NCBI GenBank assembly: GCA_043798915.1 | Contig: JAZDOG010000090.1 | Span: forward strand, 8,229-72,228 | DNA: 64,000 bases | Source of the DNA: Pseudomonadota bacterium | GTDB taxonomy: Bacteria > UBA10199 > 2-02-FULL-44-16 > JAAZCA01 | Direction: 5' to 3' | Notes under the pieces: generated by a model | The model's input: the letters and a program-made list of their open reading frames with translations, nothing else | The model's database searches: none | Told to the model about the DNA's origin: nothing | Program-made: the position numbers and the translations under genes | Shown here: positions 46,182-56,914 of the stretch, piece by piece | How positions within the stretch are numbered: the stretch's first letter is position 1 | Layout: each line of letters begins with the position of its first letter

Positions 46182-46648
46182 TGGATATCAAACAGGTCGA
46201 TAAAATCTGCTCCGAGCACGACAACCGCGCCGATCATCTGATCGGGATACTGCAGGACGTGCAGGCGCACTACAGGTATCTCCCGAAGCACCCGATCGAG
46301 CGCGTTGCGCAGTGTCTCAATATTCCGCTCGCGCAGGTCTTCTCCGTGGCGACGTTCTTCCGGGCATTTTCTCTCACACCGCGCGGCGAGAAGGTCGTCA
46401 ACGTCTGCATGGGCACGGCATGTCACGTGAGGGGCGCCAAGCGCATGCTCGAGGAGCTCGAGCGGGATCTCGGCATAGATGCCGGGCAGACGACGAAGGA
46501 TATGAAGGTGACGCTCGAGACGGTCAACTGCGTCGGCGCATGCGCGTTGGGGCCGGTGATCGTTGTGAATGAAGACTATCACGGCAAGATGGATTCGACG
46601 AAGACTGCGAAACTGGCGAAAGATCTGATGGGGCAGGCAAAGCGATGA
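46181..46648 (+). CDS. NuoE/HydC-like [2Fe-2S] subunit
   Basis: VCMGTACHVRG, VNCVGAC.LGP; ATG overlaps the porB TAA. Confidence 0.93.
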   Translation: MDIKQVDKICSEHDNRADHLIGILQDVQAHYRYLPKHPIERVAQCLNIPLAQVFSVATFFRAFSLTPRGEKVVNVCMGTACHVRGAKRMLEELERDLGIDAGQTTKDMKVTLETVNCVGACALGPVIVVNEDYHGKMDSTKTAKLAKDLMGQAKR

Positions 46649-48537
46649 AGAGACTCGAAAACAACAAGGCGCTCGAAGCCCTCCGTGCGGAGCTTCAGAA
46701 GAGGCGCGATCCGAAGAAGACCGTCGTCACCGTCTGCGGCGGCACCGGCTGCCACGGCTATGGCTGCGAAAAGGTGATAGAGGCCTTCCGGAGTGAACTT
46801 TTTAACAAAGGTCTTTCAGAGCGCGTTGAGTTGCGGGTCTCGGGCTGCCACGGCTTCTGCGAACGGGGCCCTCTCGCACTCATCCAGCCCAAGGGCATTT
46901 TCTACCAGCGCATCGAGCCGACCGACGTCCCCGAGATAATTGCAAAGACTATCCTGGGCGACGACATAGTCGAAAAACTCCTTTATGAGCTGCCGGACGG
47001 GAAGAGGGCGAAGCTCGAGAAGAATGTGCCGTTCTATGCCCGTCAGCAGCGCCTCATCTTCAGCGCCAACCAGCGAATCAACGCCGACTCGATCGAGGAC
47101 TACATCGCCGACGGCGGCTATGCCGCGCTGCCCAAGGCATTGGGCATGAAGCCCGAGGCGATAGTAGATGAAGTGAAGAAGGCTGGCCTTCGCGGGCGCG
47201 GCGGCGGGGGATTTCCCACGGGTAGGAAGTGGGAGACAGTCAGAAAGGCGCAGCCGGGCCAGCTCCGCTACGTGATATGCAACGCGGACGAAGGGGATCC
47301 CGGCGCATACATGGACCGCTCGCTGCTCGAGGGCAACCCGAATAGCGTCCTCGAAGGCATGATCATCGGCGCATATGCCATAGGATCAAACGAAGGCTAT
47401 ATCTACGTCCGCAATGAATATCCTCTGGCGGTAAAGAACGTTCGCATAGCTCTCAAACAGGCGAAGGAGCTGGGCCTCATCGGCAAGGATATACTTGGCT
47501 CAGGCTTTGATTTCGATATCACGATCAGCCGCGGCGGAGGCGCCTTCGTCTGCGGCGAGTCGACGGCGCTGATGGCGTCGCTCGAGGGGAGGATCGGCGA
47601 GCCGCGCGCGAAATACATCCACACCGCGGAATACGGCCTTCACGACAAGCCCTCCTGCCTCAACAACGTCGAGACGTGGGCGAATGTTCCTCTCATCATA
47701 AACAAGGGTGCAGACTGGTATGCGTCGATCGGGACGGCCGGCAGCAAGGGGACCAAAATATTCTCGCTCGTCGGAAAGATCAACAACACCGGGCTCGTCG
47801 AAGTGCCGATGGGGATCAAGCTTCGCGAGATCATCTACGACATTGGCGGCGGGATCCCGAACGGCAAAAAGTTCAAGGCGGTGCAGACCGGCGGGCCGTC
47901 CGGCGGCTGCATCCCCGAGAGCCTCTTGGACCTGTCGATCGACTTCGATGAGCTCACTAAGGCCGGATCGATGATGGGGTCGGGCGGCCTCATCGTGATG
48001 GACGAGGACACATGCGTCGTCGACATCGCCCGCTACTTCACGAAGTTTCTGACCGAGGAGTCGTGCGGCAAGTGCGTCCCGTGCCGCGAGGGCGTGGCGC
48101 ACATGCTCTGGATACTCGAGAGGATATGCAACGGCGAGGGGAGGGAGGACGACATCAAACTCCTAGAGGAGATGTCGGAGACGATAATCGACGGGTCGCT
48201 CTGCGCCCTCGGGAGCACCGCTCCGAATCCGGTCCTTTCGACGATCAGATATTTCAGGGATGAGTACGAGGCCCATATCAAAGATAAACGCTGCCCTGCG
48301 AGGGTCTGCAAGGCGCTTATCACGTATAATGTGATCGACAAGAACTGCACAGGCTGCACCTCCTGCGCCCGAGCTTGCCCCACCGAGGCCGCGGTGGCTA
48401 CGGACAAGCCGGCGCCCGCGCCGATAAAGGGCAAGGTGAATCCCAAGCTGAAACTGCACACGGTCGTTCAGGACAAGTGCATCAAGTGCGGGATGTGCTA
48501 TGAGGCGTGCAAGTACGGGGCGATAAAGGTCGAATAA
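46645..48537 (+). CDS. NuoF/HydB-like FMN/NAD-binding subunit, long form
   Basis: N-terminal CGGTGC..GCHGFCERGP, GLRGRGGGGFPTG, NADEGDPGAYMDR, ESCGKCVPCREG, C-terminal 2x[4Fe-4S]. Confidence 0.95.
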   Translation: MKRLENNKALEALRAELQKRRDPKKTVVTVCGGTGCHGYGCEKVIEAFRSELFNKGLSERVELRVSGCHGFCERGPLALIQPKGIFYQRIEPTDVPEIIAKTILGDDIVEKLLYELPDGKRAKLEKNVPFYARQQRLIFSANQRINADSIEDYIADGGYAALPKALGMKPEAIVDEVKKAGLRGRGGGGFPTGRKWETVRKAQPGQLRYVICNADEGDPGAYMDRSLLEGNPNSVLEGMIIGAYAIGSNEGYIYVRNEYPLAVKNVRIALKQAKELGLIGKDILGSGFDFDITISRGGGAFVCGESTALMASLEGRIGEPRAKYIHTAEYGLHDKPSCLNNVETWANVPLIINKGADWYASIGTAGSKGTKIFSLVGKINNTGLVEVPMGIKLREIIYDIGGGIPNGKKFKAVQTGGPSGGCIPESLLDLSIDFDELTKAGSMMGSGGLIVMDEDTCVVDIARYFTKFLTEESCGKCVPCREGVAHMLWILERICNGEGREDDIKLLEEMSETIIDGSLCALGSTAPNPVLSTIRYFRDEYEAHIKDKRCPARVCKALITYNVIDKNCTGCTSCARACPTEAAVATDKPAPAPIKGKVNPKLKLHTVVQDKCIKCGMCYEACKYGAIKVE

Positions 48538-48541
48538 AAAT

Positions 48542-49261
48542 ATGTCCAAGATCAAAATTACAATCGATGGCAAACAGGTCGAGGCGGGGGCGGGTGAACG
48601 TTTGCTCGATGTCTGCAGGCGCTTCGACATCTTCATCCCGACGCTCTGCGAGCATCAGGACCTGAAGCCCTACGGCGTCTGCAGGCTCTGCATCGTCGAG
48701 TGGGACCGCGGCGATTGGTCGAAGATCATCACGTCGTGCAACTTCCCGGTCAAGGAAGGGCAGGTATTCAAGACGTCGTCCGACAAGGTCGTGCGCGAGC
48801 GAAAGATGATAATGGAGTTCACGCTCGCGCGCTCATCCAAGACGCCCGAGATATTGGCTCTTGCGAAGAGGGTCGGCGTGGAATCGTCGCGCTTCCCGGC
48901 GAAGGATGAAGGCTGCATCCTCTGCGGCATGTGCATACGCGCCTGCTCCGAGGTCGTCGAGGCGAACGCGATCTCGTTTGCGGAGCGGGGGCCGATGCGC
49001 AAGATCTCGTCGCCGTTCTTCGGCGAGGCCGGCGACTGCATCGGCTGCGGTTCATGCGCCTATGTATGCCCCACGAACTACATCGAGATGACCGAGGATG
49101 AGAACACCCGCAGCATCCCGCTCTGGGATGTCAAATTCGAGATGGCCAAATGCAAGAAGTGCGGCCAGAAGATAGCCCCCAAAAAGCAGATCGAATTCAT
49201 GAAGAAGAAGGCGAAGGACATTCCTGAAGACTGGTTCGATCTGTGTCAGAATTGCAGGTAG
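48542..49261 (+). CDS. Short NuoG/HydA-N-like Fe-S protein with no catalytic domain
   Basis: IPTLC..GVCRLCIV..SC [2Fe-2S], CILCGMCIRAC, CIGCGSCAYVCP, C-terminal CKKC..CQNC. Confidence 0.9.
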   Translation: MSKIKITIDGKQVEAGAGERLLDVCRRFDIFIPTLCEHQDLKPYGVCRLCIVEWDRGDWSKIITSCNFPVKEGQVFKTSSDKVVRERKMIMEFTLARSSKTPEILALAKRVGVESSRFPAKDEGCILCGMCIRACSEVVEANAISFAERGPMRKISSPFFGEAGDCIGCGSCAYVCPTNYIEMTEDENTRSIPLWDVKFEMAKCKKCGQKIAPKKQIEFMKKKAKDIPEDWFDLCQNCR

Positions 49262-49310
49262 CTAGTAAGGACACACCGCATTTCTTTCTGGGTGGTTATC
49301 AGAGGTCCCA

Positions 49311-49895
49311 TTATCCATTTTTCAAGCCGCGCAGCACCTGCGTGCTTATGGAGCGGAATGCGTCGAAGACGCCCTCTCCGGTCGTGGCCACCGTCTCATG
49401 CTCCTCGCCGCCCTCCGAGTTCAGGTAGCGGCGGAGCTCATCCAGCGGCACTGCGTTTGCCATGTCGCGCTTGTTGTACTGGTAGACGCATGGTATCTCG
49501 CCCCATGCGTGCCCTTCGCCCTTCAGTATCTCCTTCAAGCTGTCGAGGCTTTTGAGATTAGATTCCATCCTTTCCAGCGCCGAGTCGGCGACGAAGACGA
49601 CGCCGTCGACGCCCTTGGAGATCAGCGCGCGGCTCTGCTGATAGCCCACCTCGCCCGGCACCGTGTAGAGGTGCAGTCTCACCGTGTAGCCGCGTATCTT
49701 GCCCACGTTCAGCGGAACGAAGTCGAAGAACAGCGTGCGGTCGTTATCCTGGGAGAGCGACACCATATCGCCCTTCGCCCCCTTCCGGATCTCGCTGTAG
49801 ATATGCCGGAGGGAGGTGGATTTGCCGCAGAGGGCGGGCCCGTAATAGACGATCTTGCAGTTGATCTCTCTGGTCTTGTCGTTTGTGAAGGACAT
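49311..49895 (-). CDS. mglA: MglA-family small GTPase, orphan
   Basis: REINCKIVYYGP..CGKST, DRTLFFDF, HLYTVPG, GVDGVVFVADS, YNKRD. Confidence 0.92.
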   Translation of the reverse strand: MSFTNDKTREINCKIVYYGPALCGKSTSLRHIYSEIRKGAKGDMVSLSQDNDRTLFFDFVPLNVGKIRGYTVRLHLYTVPGEVGYQQSRALISKGVDGVVFVADSALERMESNLKSLDSLKEILKGEGHAWGEIPCVYQYNKRDMANAVPLDELRRYLNSEGGEEHETVATTGEGVFDAFRSISTQVLRGLKNG

Positions 49896-49925
49896 GCATA
49901 CCCCCGTCGTGCGTTGCGCGTGACG

Positions 49926-50573
49926 TTACTTTGGCACTTTTTCCCAATCCTTCAAAAACTTTTCAATCCCGATATCCGTCAGCGGGTGCTGCATGAACTG
50001 TTTGATCACCGCAAACGGGACGGTGCAGATGTCTGCGCCGAGGAGGGCCGCCTCGCGCATGTGCAGCGGATTGCGGACGCTGGCCACGATCACCTCTGTC
50101 TCGAAGCCGTAGTTTTCGTATATGCGGACGATGTCCGATATGAGGTCCATCCCGACCTGCGATATGTCGTCCAGCCTTCCCACGAATGGGCTCACGAAAG
50201 TCGCGCCGGCCTTGGCCACGAGCAGCGCCTGGTTCGGCGAGAAGCAGAGTGTCGAGTTGGTCTTGATCCCCATCCCGGCCAGCGCTTTTATCGCCTTGAG
50301 GCCTTCGACCGTCGACGGAATCTTGCAGACCACGTTGGACCCTAAGTCGGCGAGCTTCTTCGACTGCTCGATCATCCCCTTCGCATCGAGAGCGGTCGTC
50401 TCAAGGCTCACGGGCCGGTCCGGTATCTCGGTCAGGATATCCTTCACGACCGTCTTGAAGTCGCGGCCCGTCTTCGAGACGAGCGAGGGGTTCGTGGTGA
50501 CGCCGTCGAGGACGCCCATGGCGTTTGCCTCGCTGATTTCGGTGATATTTGCTGTGTCGATGAAGAGTTTCAC
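49926..50573 (-). CDS. tal: Transaldolase/fructose-6-phosphate aldolase (small type)
   Basis: [39 protein letters not shown]. Confidence 0.93.
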   Translation of the reverse strand: MKLFIDTANITEISEANAMGVLDGVTTNPSLVSKTGRDFKTVVKDILTEIPDRPVSLETTALDAKGMIEQSKKLADLGSNVVCKIPSTVEGLKAIKALAGMGIKTNSTLCFSPNQALLVAKAGATFVSPFVGRLDDISQVGMDLISDIVRIYENYGFETEVIVASVRNPLHMREAALLGADICTVPFAVIKQFMQHPLTDIGIEKFLKDWEKVPK

Positions 50574-50803
50574 GTGTTTCCTTTCGGTTTAGACCTGCAA
50601 TCTTCGCTGCAATAGAAATGCCCGCCGTTTTTGATGATCTCGCTCCTCAAAATGAAAGTGCCGCAGTGGAAGCATGCCACCATTTCCCTGGGCTTGGCAA
50701 GTCCCCTGTCATCCAGGTTTGAAGGGCGGTTCCTCCCGCCAATCCTTCGCCAGAGGGCGACAAGGACATAGATTATCAGAGCTATTGTGAGCAGGCGGAG
50801 CAT
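50570..50803 (-). CDS. Small membrane-anchored Zn-finger protein (PP0621-like)
   Basis: N-terminal TM segment; EMVACFHCG...FYCSEDC. Confidence 0.75.
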   Translation of the reverse strand: MLRLLTIALIIYVLVALWRRIGGRNRPSNLDDRGLAKPREMVACFHCGTFILRSEIIKNGGHFYCSEDCRSKPKGNT

Positions 50804-51266
50804 TTTTTTCAAGCTCGCGCATAGTCAGCCCCAGCACGGGATGCACGAGCGCAGGGGCTATATCACACAGGGGGGTCAAGACAAACAATCTTTTTGAAAG
50901 CCTGGGGTGCGGGATCGTGATGGCCGGGGAATCGAGCACCAGCGCGTCATAGAGGAGGATGTCGAGGTCGATCGTGCGCGCGAGGCCGGTAGGCCGGGGA
51001 TGGGGACGGCCAAGGGTCTTCTCGATGTCCAATAATGCAAGCAACAGCTCCTGCGGCGTCAGCGACGTGGATATCTTCGCCGCAGCATTTATAAAGGGCC
51101 CCGAATTCTCGATATGCGAACCCAAAGGTTCTGTCTCGTAGGAGTTTGAAACTTTCACCACCTCATTGCTGCCGCCTATGAGCTCGAGCGCCTTGCGGAC
51201 ATTCTCATGCCTGTCACCGAGGTTCGACCCAAGGCCTATGTATGCGATGTGGGTGTTGCGCGTCAT
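50709..51266 (-). CDS. folK: 2-amino-4-hydroxy-6-hydroxymethyldihydropteridine diphosphokinase
   Basis: YIGLGSNLGD, YETEP, RTIDLDILLY, IPHPR..R.FVL.PL. Confidence 0.95.
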   Translation of the reverse strand: MTRNTHIAYIGLGSNLGDRHENVRKALELIGGSNEVVKVSNSYETEPLGSHIENSGPFINAAAKISTSLTPQELLLALLDIEKTLGRPHPRPTGLARTIDLDILLYDALVLDSPAITIPHPRLSKRLFVLTPLCDIAPALVHPVLGLTMRELEKNAPPAHNSSDNLCPCRPLAKDWREEPPFKPG

Positions 51267-51274
51267 GTCAACTG

Positions 51275-51364
51275 TTTCCCCTCCCTTGATGGGAGGGGAT
51301 CAAGGGGAGGGTGATCATGTGCCACCCTCTCCCTGACCCTCTCCCATCAAGGGAGAGGGAAAAG
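51275..51364. repeat. Paired family B hairpins without TIRs
   Basis: Its reverse complement matches the hairpins inside the 39020 MITE; lies between dapB and folK. Confidence 0.88.
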
Positions 51365-51386
51365 CGATATCGGATTATGGTTCTAC

Positions 51387-52121
51387 TTAAAGTCCCAGGA
51401 CATCTCCCATATCGTAGAGCCCGGCGGGTTTGCCGACGACCCAGCGGGTTGCGACGAGCGCCCCTTCGGCGAAGATACTGCGGTTGCCGGCATGATGCTG
51501 GATGGAGATCGTCTCGCCGGGGCTTGTGAAATGGATCACATGGTCGCCCACGATCTCGCCCCTGCGCACAGATCGAACGCTCACCTCCATGTCCTCGCCC
51601 TTTCGAGGCAGCGTCTCCTCCTCGTAAAAAAAGACGTCCTTGTCGAGGCGGCGCCCGCTCTTCTTGAGCACGATGTCGAGAATGCGCTTTGCGGTTCCGC
51701 TGGGCTTGTCGAGCTTGTGGACGTGATGCGTCTCGACGATGTCGACCTTGAATTGCCTGCCGAGAGCGTGAGCAGCCGTCTCCACGAGCTTCCACATCAC
51801 GTTGACCCCGGCGCTCATATTGGGCGAGCAGACGACCGGAACGGTTCGCGCCGCAGCGCGGAGTGTCGCCTCTTGGGCTGCGGAGAAACCGGTTGTCCCT
51901 ATGACGATCGCTTTTGCGTGCCTGGCAGCCATCTCGGCGTGCCGCAGGGAAGCCTCCGGCACGGTGAAGTCGATGACGACGTCGGCGCTGCTTATCGCTT
52001 CATTGAGCGACCCGCCGATGTCGACTTCGGCGGCCAGCGAGAGGTCCTTTGATTCCTTTATCATATTCACTATCTGGCTGCCCATACGCCCTTTGGAACC
52101 AGTGACTATGACTTTGATCAT
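51387..52121 (-). CDS. dapB: 4-hydroxy-tetrahydrodipicolinate reductase
   Basis: GSKGRMG, VIGTTG, ETHHVHKLDKPSGTA, VGDH. Confidence 0.96.
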   Translation of the reverse strand: MIKVIVTGSKGRMGSQIVNMIKESKDLSLAAEVDIGGSLNEAISSADVVIDFTVPEASLRHAEMAARHAKAIVIGTTGFSAAQEATLRAAARTVPVVCSPNMSAGVNVMWKLVETAAHALGRQFKVDIVETHHVHKLDKPSGTAKRILDIVLKKSGRRLDKDVFFYEEETLPRKGEDMEVSVRSVRRGEIVGDHVIHFTSPGETISIQHHAGNRSIFAEGALVATRWVVGKPAGLYDMGDVLGL

Positions 52122-52131
52122 GTCATCCCTC

Positions 52132-53037
52132 TCATGCGATTATTTCGTTTTGTTTTAGAATCCTTATCAGTTCTGCCCTCGGCCCTTCGCTCATCGGTGT
52201 CAAAGGCAGGCGGAACTCTTCGCAGCAGCGCCCCATGGCGGCGAGCGCCGTCTTGGCTGGTATGGGGTTTGTCTCCAGGAACATGGCGCGGTTCAATGCC
52301 TCGAGCCTCAAGTGCAGCCGCCTCGCCGTCGAGGTGTGCCCCTCCGAGAAGGCGTCCCACACCGCGGCGACACGGTCGGGTGCGACATTGGAAGTGACGG
52401 AGATGCAGCCGCGGCCGCCGGCGGCGTAGATGTCGAGGTTCATGGCATCGTCGCCGGAGAAGACTGAAAATTCGTCCGGCGCGTCTTTGATGATGCCCTT
52501 TATCTGTTCGAGGTTACCGCAGGCCTCTTTGATCCCCACCACGATGTCGATCGCAGCGAGCCTTAAGGTCGTCTCGGGAAGCATATTTACAGATGTCCTC
52601 CCCGGGACATTGTAGAGCACCATCGGCAGGTCGACCACTTCAGCGATTGCCTTGAAGTGGCGGTAGAGCCCCTCCTGCGTCGGCTTGTTGTAATAAGGCG
52701 TCACCTGGAGAGTGCCGTCGGCGCCTGCGGCCTTCGCGGTACGCGCAAGGCGGATGGCAGCAGAAGTCGAATTGGATCCCGCGCCGGCGAGCACCGGCGC
52801 GCGGCCGGCGGCCTCCTCGACGGTGATGCGGATGATGCGGTCTCGTTCATCCGGTTCGAGCGTCGCGGCTTCGCCGGTTGTCCCGCACGGCACGAGGACG
52901 TCGGCGCCGCTTGCGATCTGCCAGGCGATGAATTCTCTGAATGCATCCTCATCGAGGCGCCCGTCCTTGAAGGGCGTCACGAGCGCGACCATGGAGCCAC
53001 GGAATTGCATGTCAGGAGATTGCTTCGCTTTGCTCAC
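52132..53037 (-). CDS. dapA: 4-hydroxy-tetrahydrodipicolinate synthase
   Basis: ALVTPF, GTTGE, PYYNKP, YNVPGRT, GIKEA, ETNPIP.K. Confidence 0.97.
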   Translation of the reverse strand: MSKAKQSPDMQFRGSMVALVTPFKDGRLDEDAFREFIAWQIASGADVLVPCGTTGEAATLEPDERDRIIRITVEEAAGRAPVLAGAGSNSTSAAIRLARTAKAAGADGTLQVTPYYNKPTQEGLYRHFKAIAEVVDLPMVLYNVPGRTSVNMLPETTLRLAAIDIVVGIKEACGNLEQIKGIIKDAPDEFSVFSGDDAMNLDIYAAGGRGCISVTSNVAPDRVAAVWDAFSEGHTSTARRLHLRLEALNRAMFLETNPIPAKTALAAMGRCCEEFRLPLTPMSEGPRAELIRILKQNEIIA

Positions 53038-53052
53038 AATTACAAGCTGTTT

Positions 53053-53898
53053 TTAGACTACGATCTCACCTTTGAAAATCATCTCTGCCGGGCCTCGCAT
53101 GTGGACGTGGTTGTCCTTGGTGCTCCACTCTACTTCCAGTTTTCCGCCCGGAGGCACGACAGTCATCTTGCGGTCGGTGAAGCCGTTCAAGACCGAAGCG
53201 ACAGCGGACGCGCATGCCGCCGTGCCGCATGCGAGCGTCTCACCGGCGCCGCGCTCCCACACCCGCATGTGTATCTCGCTCCTGCTGATGACGTTGACGA
53301 AGCTCACGTTCACCCGCTTCGGGAAGATGGAATGGTTCTCGAGGAGCGGGCCCAGGCGCTCCACAGGGACGGCCTGCAGGTCCTCGTGGAAGGTCACGCA
53401 GTGCGGGTTTCCCATCGAGAGGCACGTGATGCGGAACTCCTTCACCTCCGTCTTGAGCGGCCGGTTCACGATTCGCCCCGAGAGGTTGACCGGTATGTCC
53501 TTGCCCTTCATGATTGGTTCGCCCATGTCGACGTCCATGACCTTCCCCATATGGCGGACGATGCGGGGGCCTGCCGGAGTGGCGATGTTGAGTTCCTTCT
53601 TCGATGATATGCCGGCATCTTTGATGTAGCGGGCGAGGCAGCGGATGCCGTTGCCGCACATTTCGGCTTCGCTCCCGTCAGCATTGAAGATGCGCATGGC
53701 AAAGTCGCATTTGCCGGACTTGAGCAGCAAGATGAGCTGGTCGGCGCCGATCCCCGTGTGGCGGTTGCAGAGCTTTCTGGCCAGGTGGTTCGGATTCTGA
53801 AAAGCGGCGTGATGCAGGCAGTCGAAGAGGATCGCATCGTTGCCAAGCCCATGCATCTTGACGAACTGGCGTGCCTTCGATTTTGTCGCTGCAGCCAT
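53053..53898 (-). CDS. dapF: Diaminopimelate epimerase
   Basis: KMHGLGND, NADGSEAEMCGNG, MGNPHC, ERGAGETLACGT. Confidence 0.97.
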   Translation of the reverse strand: MAAATKSKARQFVKMHGLGNDAILFDCLHHAAFQNPNHLARKLCNRHTGIGADQLILLLKSGKCDFAMRIFNADGSEAEMCGNGIRCLARYIKDAGISSKKELNIATPAGPRIVRHMGKVMDVDMGEPIMKGKDIPVNLSGRIVNRPLKTEVKEFRITCLSMGNPHCVTFHEDLQAVPVERLGPLLENHSIFPKRVNVSFVNVISRSEIHMRVWERGAGETLACGTAACASAVASVLNGFTDRKMTVVPPGGKLEVEWSTKDNHVHMRGPAEMIFKGEIVV

Positions 53899-54300
53899 AT
53901 ATACCCCCGCACGAATTAGCTAACTCATTGAAATGACAACTGAAATTTCGCGGCAGGATAACAACTGAGGTGCGGTTTGTCAAGGAAATCAGCGAAAGCA
54001 CTTGACTTTTTTGGGTATTTTCTACACGCTGTCCCGAGTCTTCCAGAAAAGGCAGCTGTCAGGTCAACAGGACAACCCCCTAATCGGTGCTTTCTTTTCA
54101 AGCGACAGGTTTTTCGTCAACCCATCTTAGAGGCGTTCAGGAAATCTGAAAACGCAGATGGCGGGTGTTTGTGGGCTTAAATCTCCTTCCGACATTCACG
54201 ATATGAACAACACAACGGCTGTCATGCCGGACTCCTATAACTCCAACCAGATCATTTCATAGCTGACTCAAAGTCGGCCAATTTCAAAGAAGGGGTGTAT

Positions 54301-55548
54301 ATGCATCTGAACGAACTCAAGGCGAAGAAGATCAGCGAACTGCTCGAGATGGGGAATCAGTTCAACATCGAGGGCGCCGCAAACATGCGCAAACAGGAGC
54401 TGATCTTCGCCCTCCTGCAGGCACATACCGAGAAGAACGGCGCGATATTCGGCGAGGGTGTGCTCGAGACCCTGCCCGACGGCTTCGGCTTCCTGCGCTC
54501 TCCGGATTACAACTATCTCCCGGGCCCGGACGACATCTACGTATCGCCTTCGCAGATCAGGCGCTTTAACCTCCGGACCGGCGACACGATCTCCGGGCAG
54601 ATCCGGCCGCCCAAAGAGGGAGAGCGCTACTTTGCGCTCCTCAAGGTCGAGAATATCAACTTCGAGGTGCCGGAAAAGTCCAAGGATAAGATACTCTTCG
54701 ACAACCTGACGCCGCTCTATCCGAACGAGCGCATCAGGCTTGAGTTCGATCAAAAAAACTACTCGACGCGGATCATGGACCTCTTCACCCCGATCGGCAT
54801 GGGTCAGAGGGCGCTGATCGTCTCTCCGCCGCGCGCTGGCAAGACGGTGCTCCTGCAGAACGTCGCCAACGCGGTGACCTCGAACCATCCAGATATCAAG
54901 ATGATCGTGCTGCTCATCGACGAGCGGCCCGAGGAGGTCACCGACATGCAGCGCTCCGTCCGGGCGGAAGTCGTCTCCTCCACCTTCGACGAACCGGCAC
55001 AGCGCCACGTGCAGGTCGCGGAGATGGTGATAGAGAAGGCCAAGCGCCTCGTGGAGCACGGCAAGAACGTCGTGATCCTGCTCGATTCGATCACGCGCCT
55101 TGCGCGCGCCTATAACGCCGTCGTGCCGCCGTCGGGCAAGATACTCTCCGGCGGAGTCGACTCCAACGCCCTGCACAAGCCCAAGCGTTTCTTCGGCGCG
55201 GCGCGAAACATCGAGGAGGGCGGGAGCCTGACGATCATCGGCACGGCCCTGATCGACACCGGCAGCAGGATGGACGAGGTGATCTTCGAGGAATTCAAGG
55301 GCACGGGCAACATGGAGATACATCTCGACCGCAAGCTCATGGAAAAGCGCATCTTCCCGTGCATGGACATCAACAAGTCCGGCACCCGCAAGGAGGAGCT
55401 GCTCCTCAACGAGGAGGAGCTCAACAAGGTCTGGATACTCCGCAAGATGCTGCAGCCCTTGAACCAGATCGACGCCATGGAGTTCCTGCTCGACAAGATA
55501 GCCCCCTGCAAGACCAACAAGGAATTCCTGATGTCGATGAACAAGTGA
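54301..55548 (+). CDS. rho: Transcription termination factor Rho
   Basis: [49 protein letters not shown]. Confidence 0.98.
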   Translation: MHLNELKAKKISELLEMGNQFNIEGAANMRKQELIFALLQAHTEKNGAIFGEGVLETLPDGFGFLRSPDYNYLPGPDDIYVSPSQIRRFNLRTGDTISGQIRPPKEGERYFALLKVENINFEVPEKSKDKILFDNLTPLYPNERIRLEFDQKNYSTRIMDLFTPIGMGQRALIVSPPRAGKTVLLQNVANAVTSNHPDIKMIVLLIDERPEEVTDMQRSVRAEVVSSTFDEPAQRHVQVAEMVIEKAKRLVEHGKNVVILLDSITRLARAYNAVVPPSGKILSGGVDSNALHKPKRFFGAARNIEEGGSLTIIGTALIDTGSRMDEVIFEEFKGTGNMEIHLDRKLMEKRIFPCMDINKSGTRKEELLLNEEELNKVWILRKMLQPLNQIDAMEFLLDKIAPCKTNKEFLMSMNK

Positions 55549-55632
55549 GCTCCGGATTTTCTTGCATTTTCCCTCCGCGGTGTTACATAATTCCGCAATT
55601 TTAATGGTGTTTCCATGCCGGGAGTCCATCCC

Positions 55633-56910
55633 ATGCAAGGCACAAATACATCCGTTCGCCGCGCGATTCTGGTGGTCCTCCTGCTCCTTGTCGCCGGGGC
55701 CGGGATCTCGCTGCCCAGACCCGCGTTGGCCCTGACTGAAAAGGGATACCGCGCGCTCCACGTCTTCACCAAGATACTCCACTATGTTGAGGACAACTAT
55801 GTGAGCGAGGCGGACGAGGAGAACATGATCCGCGGCGCGATCCGCGGCATGCTCGGCACGCTCGATCCGCACACCGTCTATATGTCCCCCGAGATATATC
55901 GCGAGCTCAAGGTCGACACGAGCGGCAGGTTCGACGGCGTCGGCATAGAGGTCACGATGCGCGACGGATGGCTTACGGTGGTTTCAGCGATCCGGGGCTC
56001 TCCCGCCGACCAGGCCGGGATACAGGCTGGCGACAGGATCGCCAGGATCAACGGTCATCCCACGAAGGACCTGAATTTGAGCGAGGCCGTCACCCTGATG
56101 CGGGGCAAGCGCGGGAGCCGCGTTGTCTTGAACATCGCCCGCCAGGGGGCTAAGAGCACGTTCGACATCGCGATCGTCCGACGTATCATCAAGATCCCGA
56201 GCGTGAACTCCGCGTTCTACGACGGCAAATTTGGATACATCAGCATCGCGAGTTTCCAGCAGGGGACGGGAAGGGCGCTGGAAAAATCCCTCAAGGAGCT
56301 TTCCGACAAGGGCCCGCTCTCGGGGCTTATCTTGGATCTCCGCCGCAATCCCGGCGGGCTCCTCGAACAGGCGGTGGCGGTCTCTGATCTCTTCCTGAAG
56401 GATGGCGTCATCGTCACCACCGTAAGCCGCGACAAGGAGATCGACAGAAAGGAAGCCCATCCGGACGATGCGAAGCCCGACTATCCGATGGTCGTCCTCG
56501 TCGACGGCGGCTCCGCATCGGCGGCTGAGATCGTCGCCGGAGCGCTGCAGGATAACAAGCGCGCGATCGTCATGGGTACGACTTCCTTCGGCAAGGGCTC
56601 GGTCCAGACGGTCATCGATCTCGATGACGGTTCGGGCCTGAAGCTCACCATCGCGCACTATCTTACGCCCAGCGGCAGAGTCATCCAGGACCACGGGATA
56701 CAGCCGGACATAGTCATAGCGGCCAAGCGACCGCAGCCGAAGGCGGAGGCGGCCGAAGGGGTGGCGCCGGCCGACGAGGGCCAGAAAGCTGAAACTTCAA
56801 AGGCTTCGATCCCCAAAGAGGATTACCAGGTCGAGAAGGCGCTCGAATATCTCAGGAACCCGGGGGAGTTTCAGACCAAAGCGAAGCCAAGGGCAAAGGG
56901 CGCAAAATAA
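55633..56910 (+). CDS. ctpA: Carboxyl-terminal processing protease (S41)
   Basis: LDPHT, PDZ domain, [30 protein letters not shown]. Confidence 0.95.
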   Translation: MQGTNTSVRRAILVVLLLLVAGAGISLPRPALALTEKGYRALHVFTKILHYVEDNYVSEADEENMIRGAIRGMLGTLDPHTVYMSPEIYRELKVDTSGRFDGVGIEVTMRDGWLTVVSAIRGSPADQAGIQAGDRIARINGHPTKDLNLSEAVTLMRGKRGSRVVLNIARQGAKSTFDIAIVRRIIKIPSVNSAFYDGKFGYISIASFQQGTGRALEKSLKELSDKGPLSGLILDLRRNPGGLLEQAVAVSDLFLKDGVIVTTVSRDKEIDRKEAHPDDAKPDYPMVVLVDGGSASAAEIVAGALQDNKRAIVMGTTSFGKGSVQTVIDLDDGSGLKLTIAHYLTPSGRVIQDHGIQPDIVIAAKRPQPKAEAAEGVAPADEGQKAETSKASIPKEDYQVEKALEYLRNPGEFQTKAKPRAKGAK

Positions 56911-56914
56911 ACTA

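Noticed and set aside
46181..49261. Complex I nuoEFG or [FeFe]-hydrogenase
   Set aside because: No membrane nuo genes, and the third subunit lacks both the NuoG C-terminal domain and H-cluster motifs.
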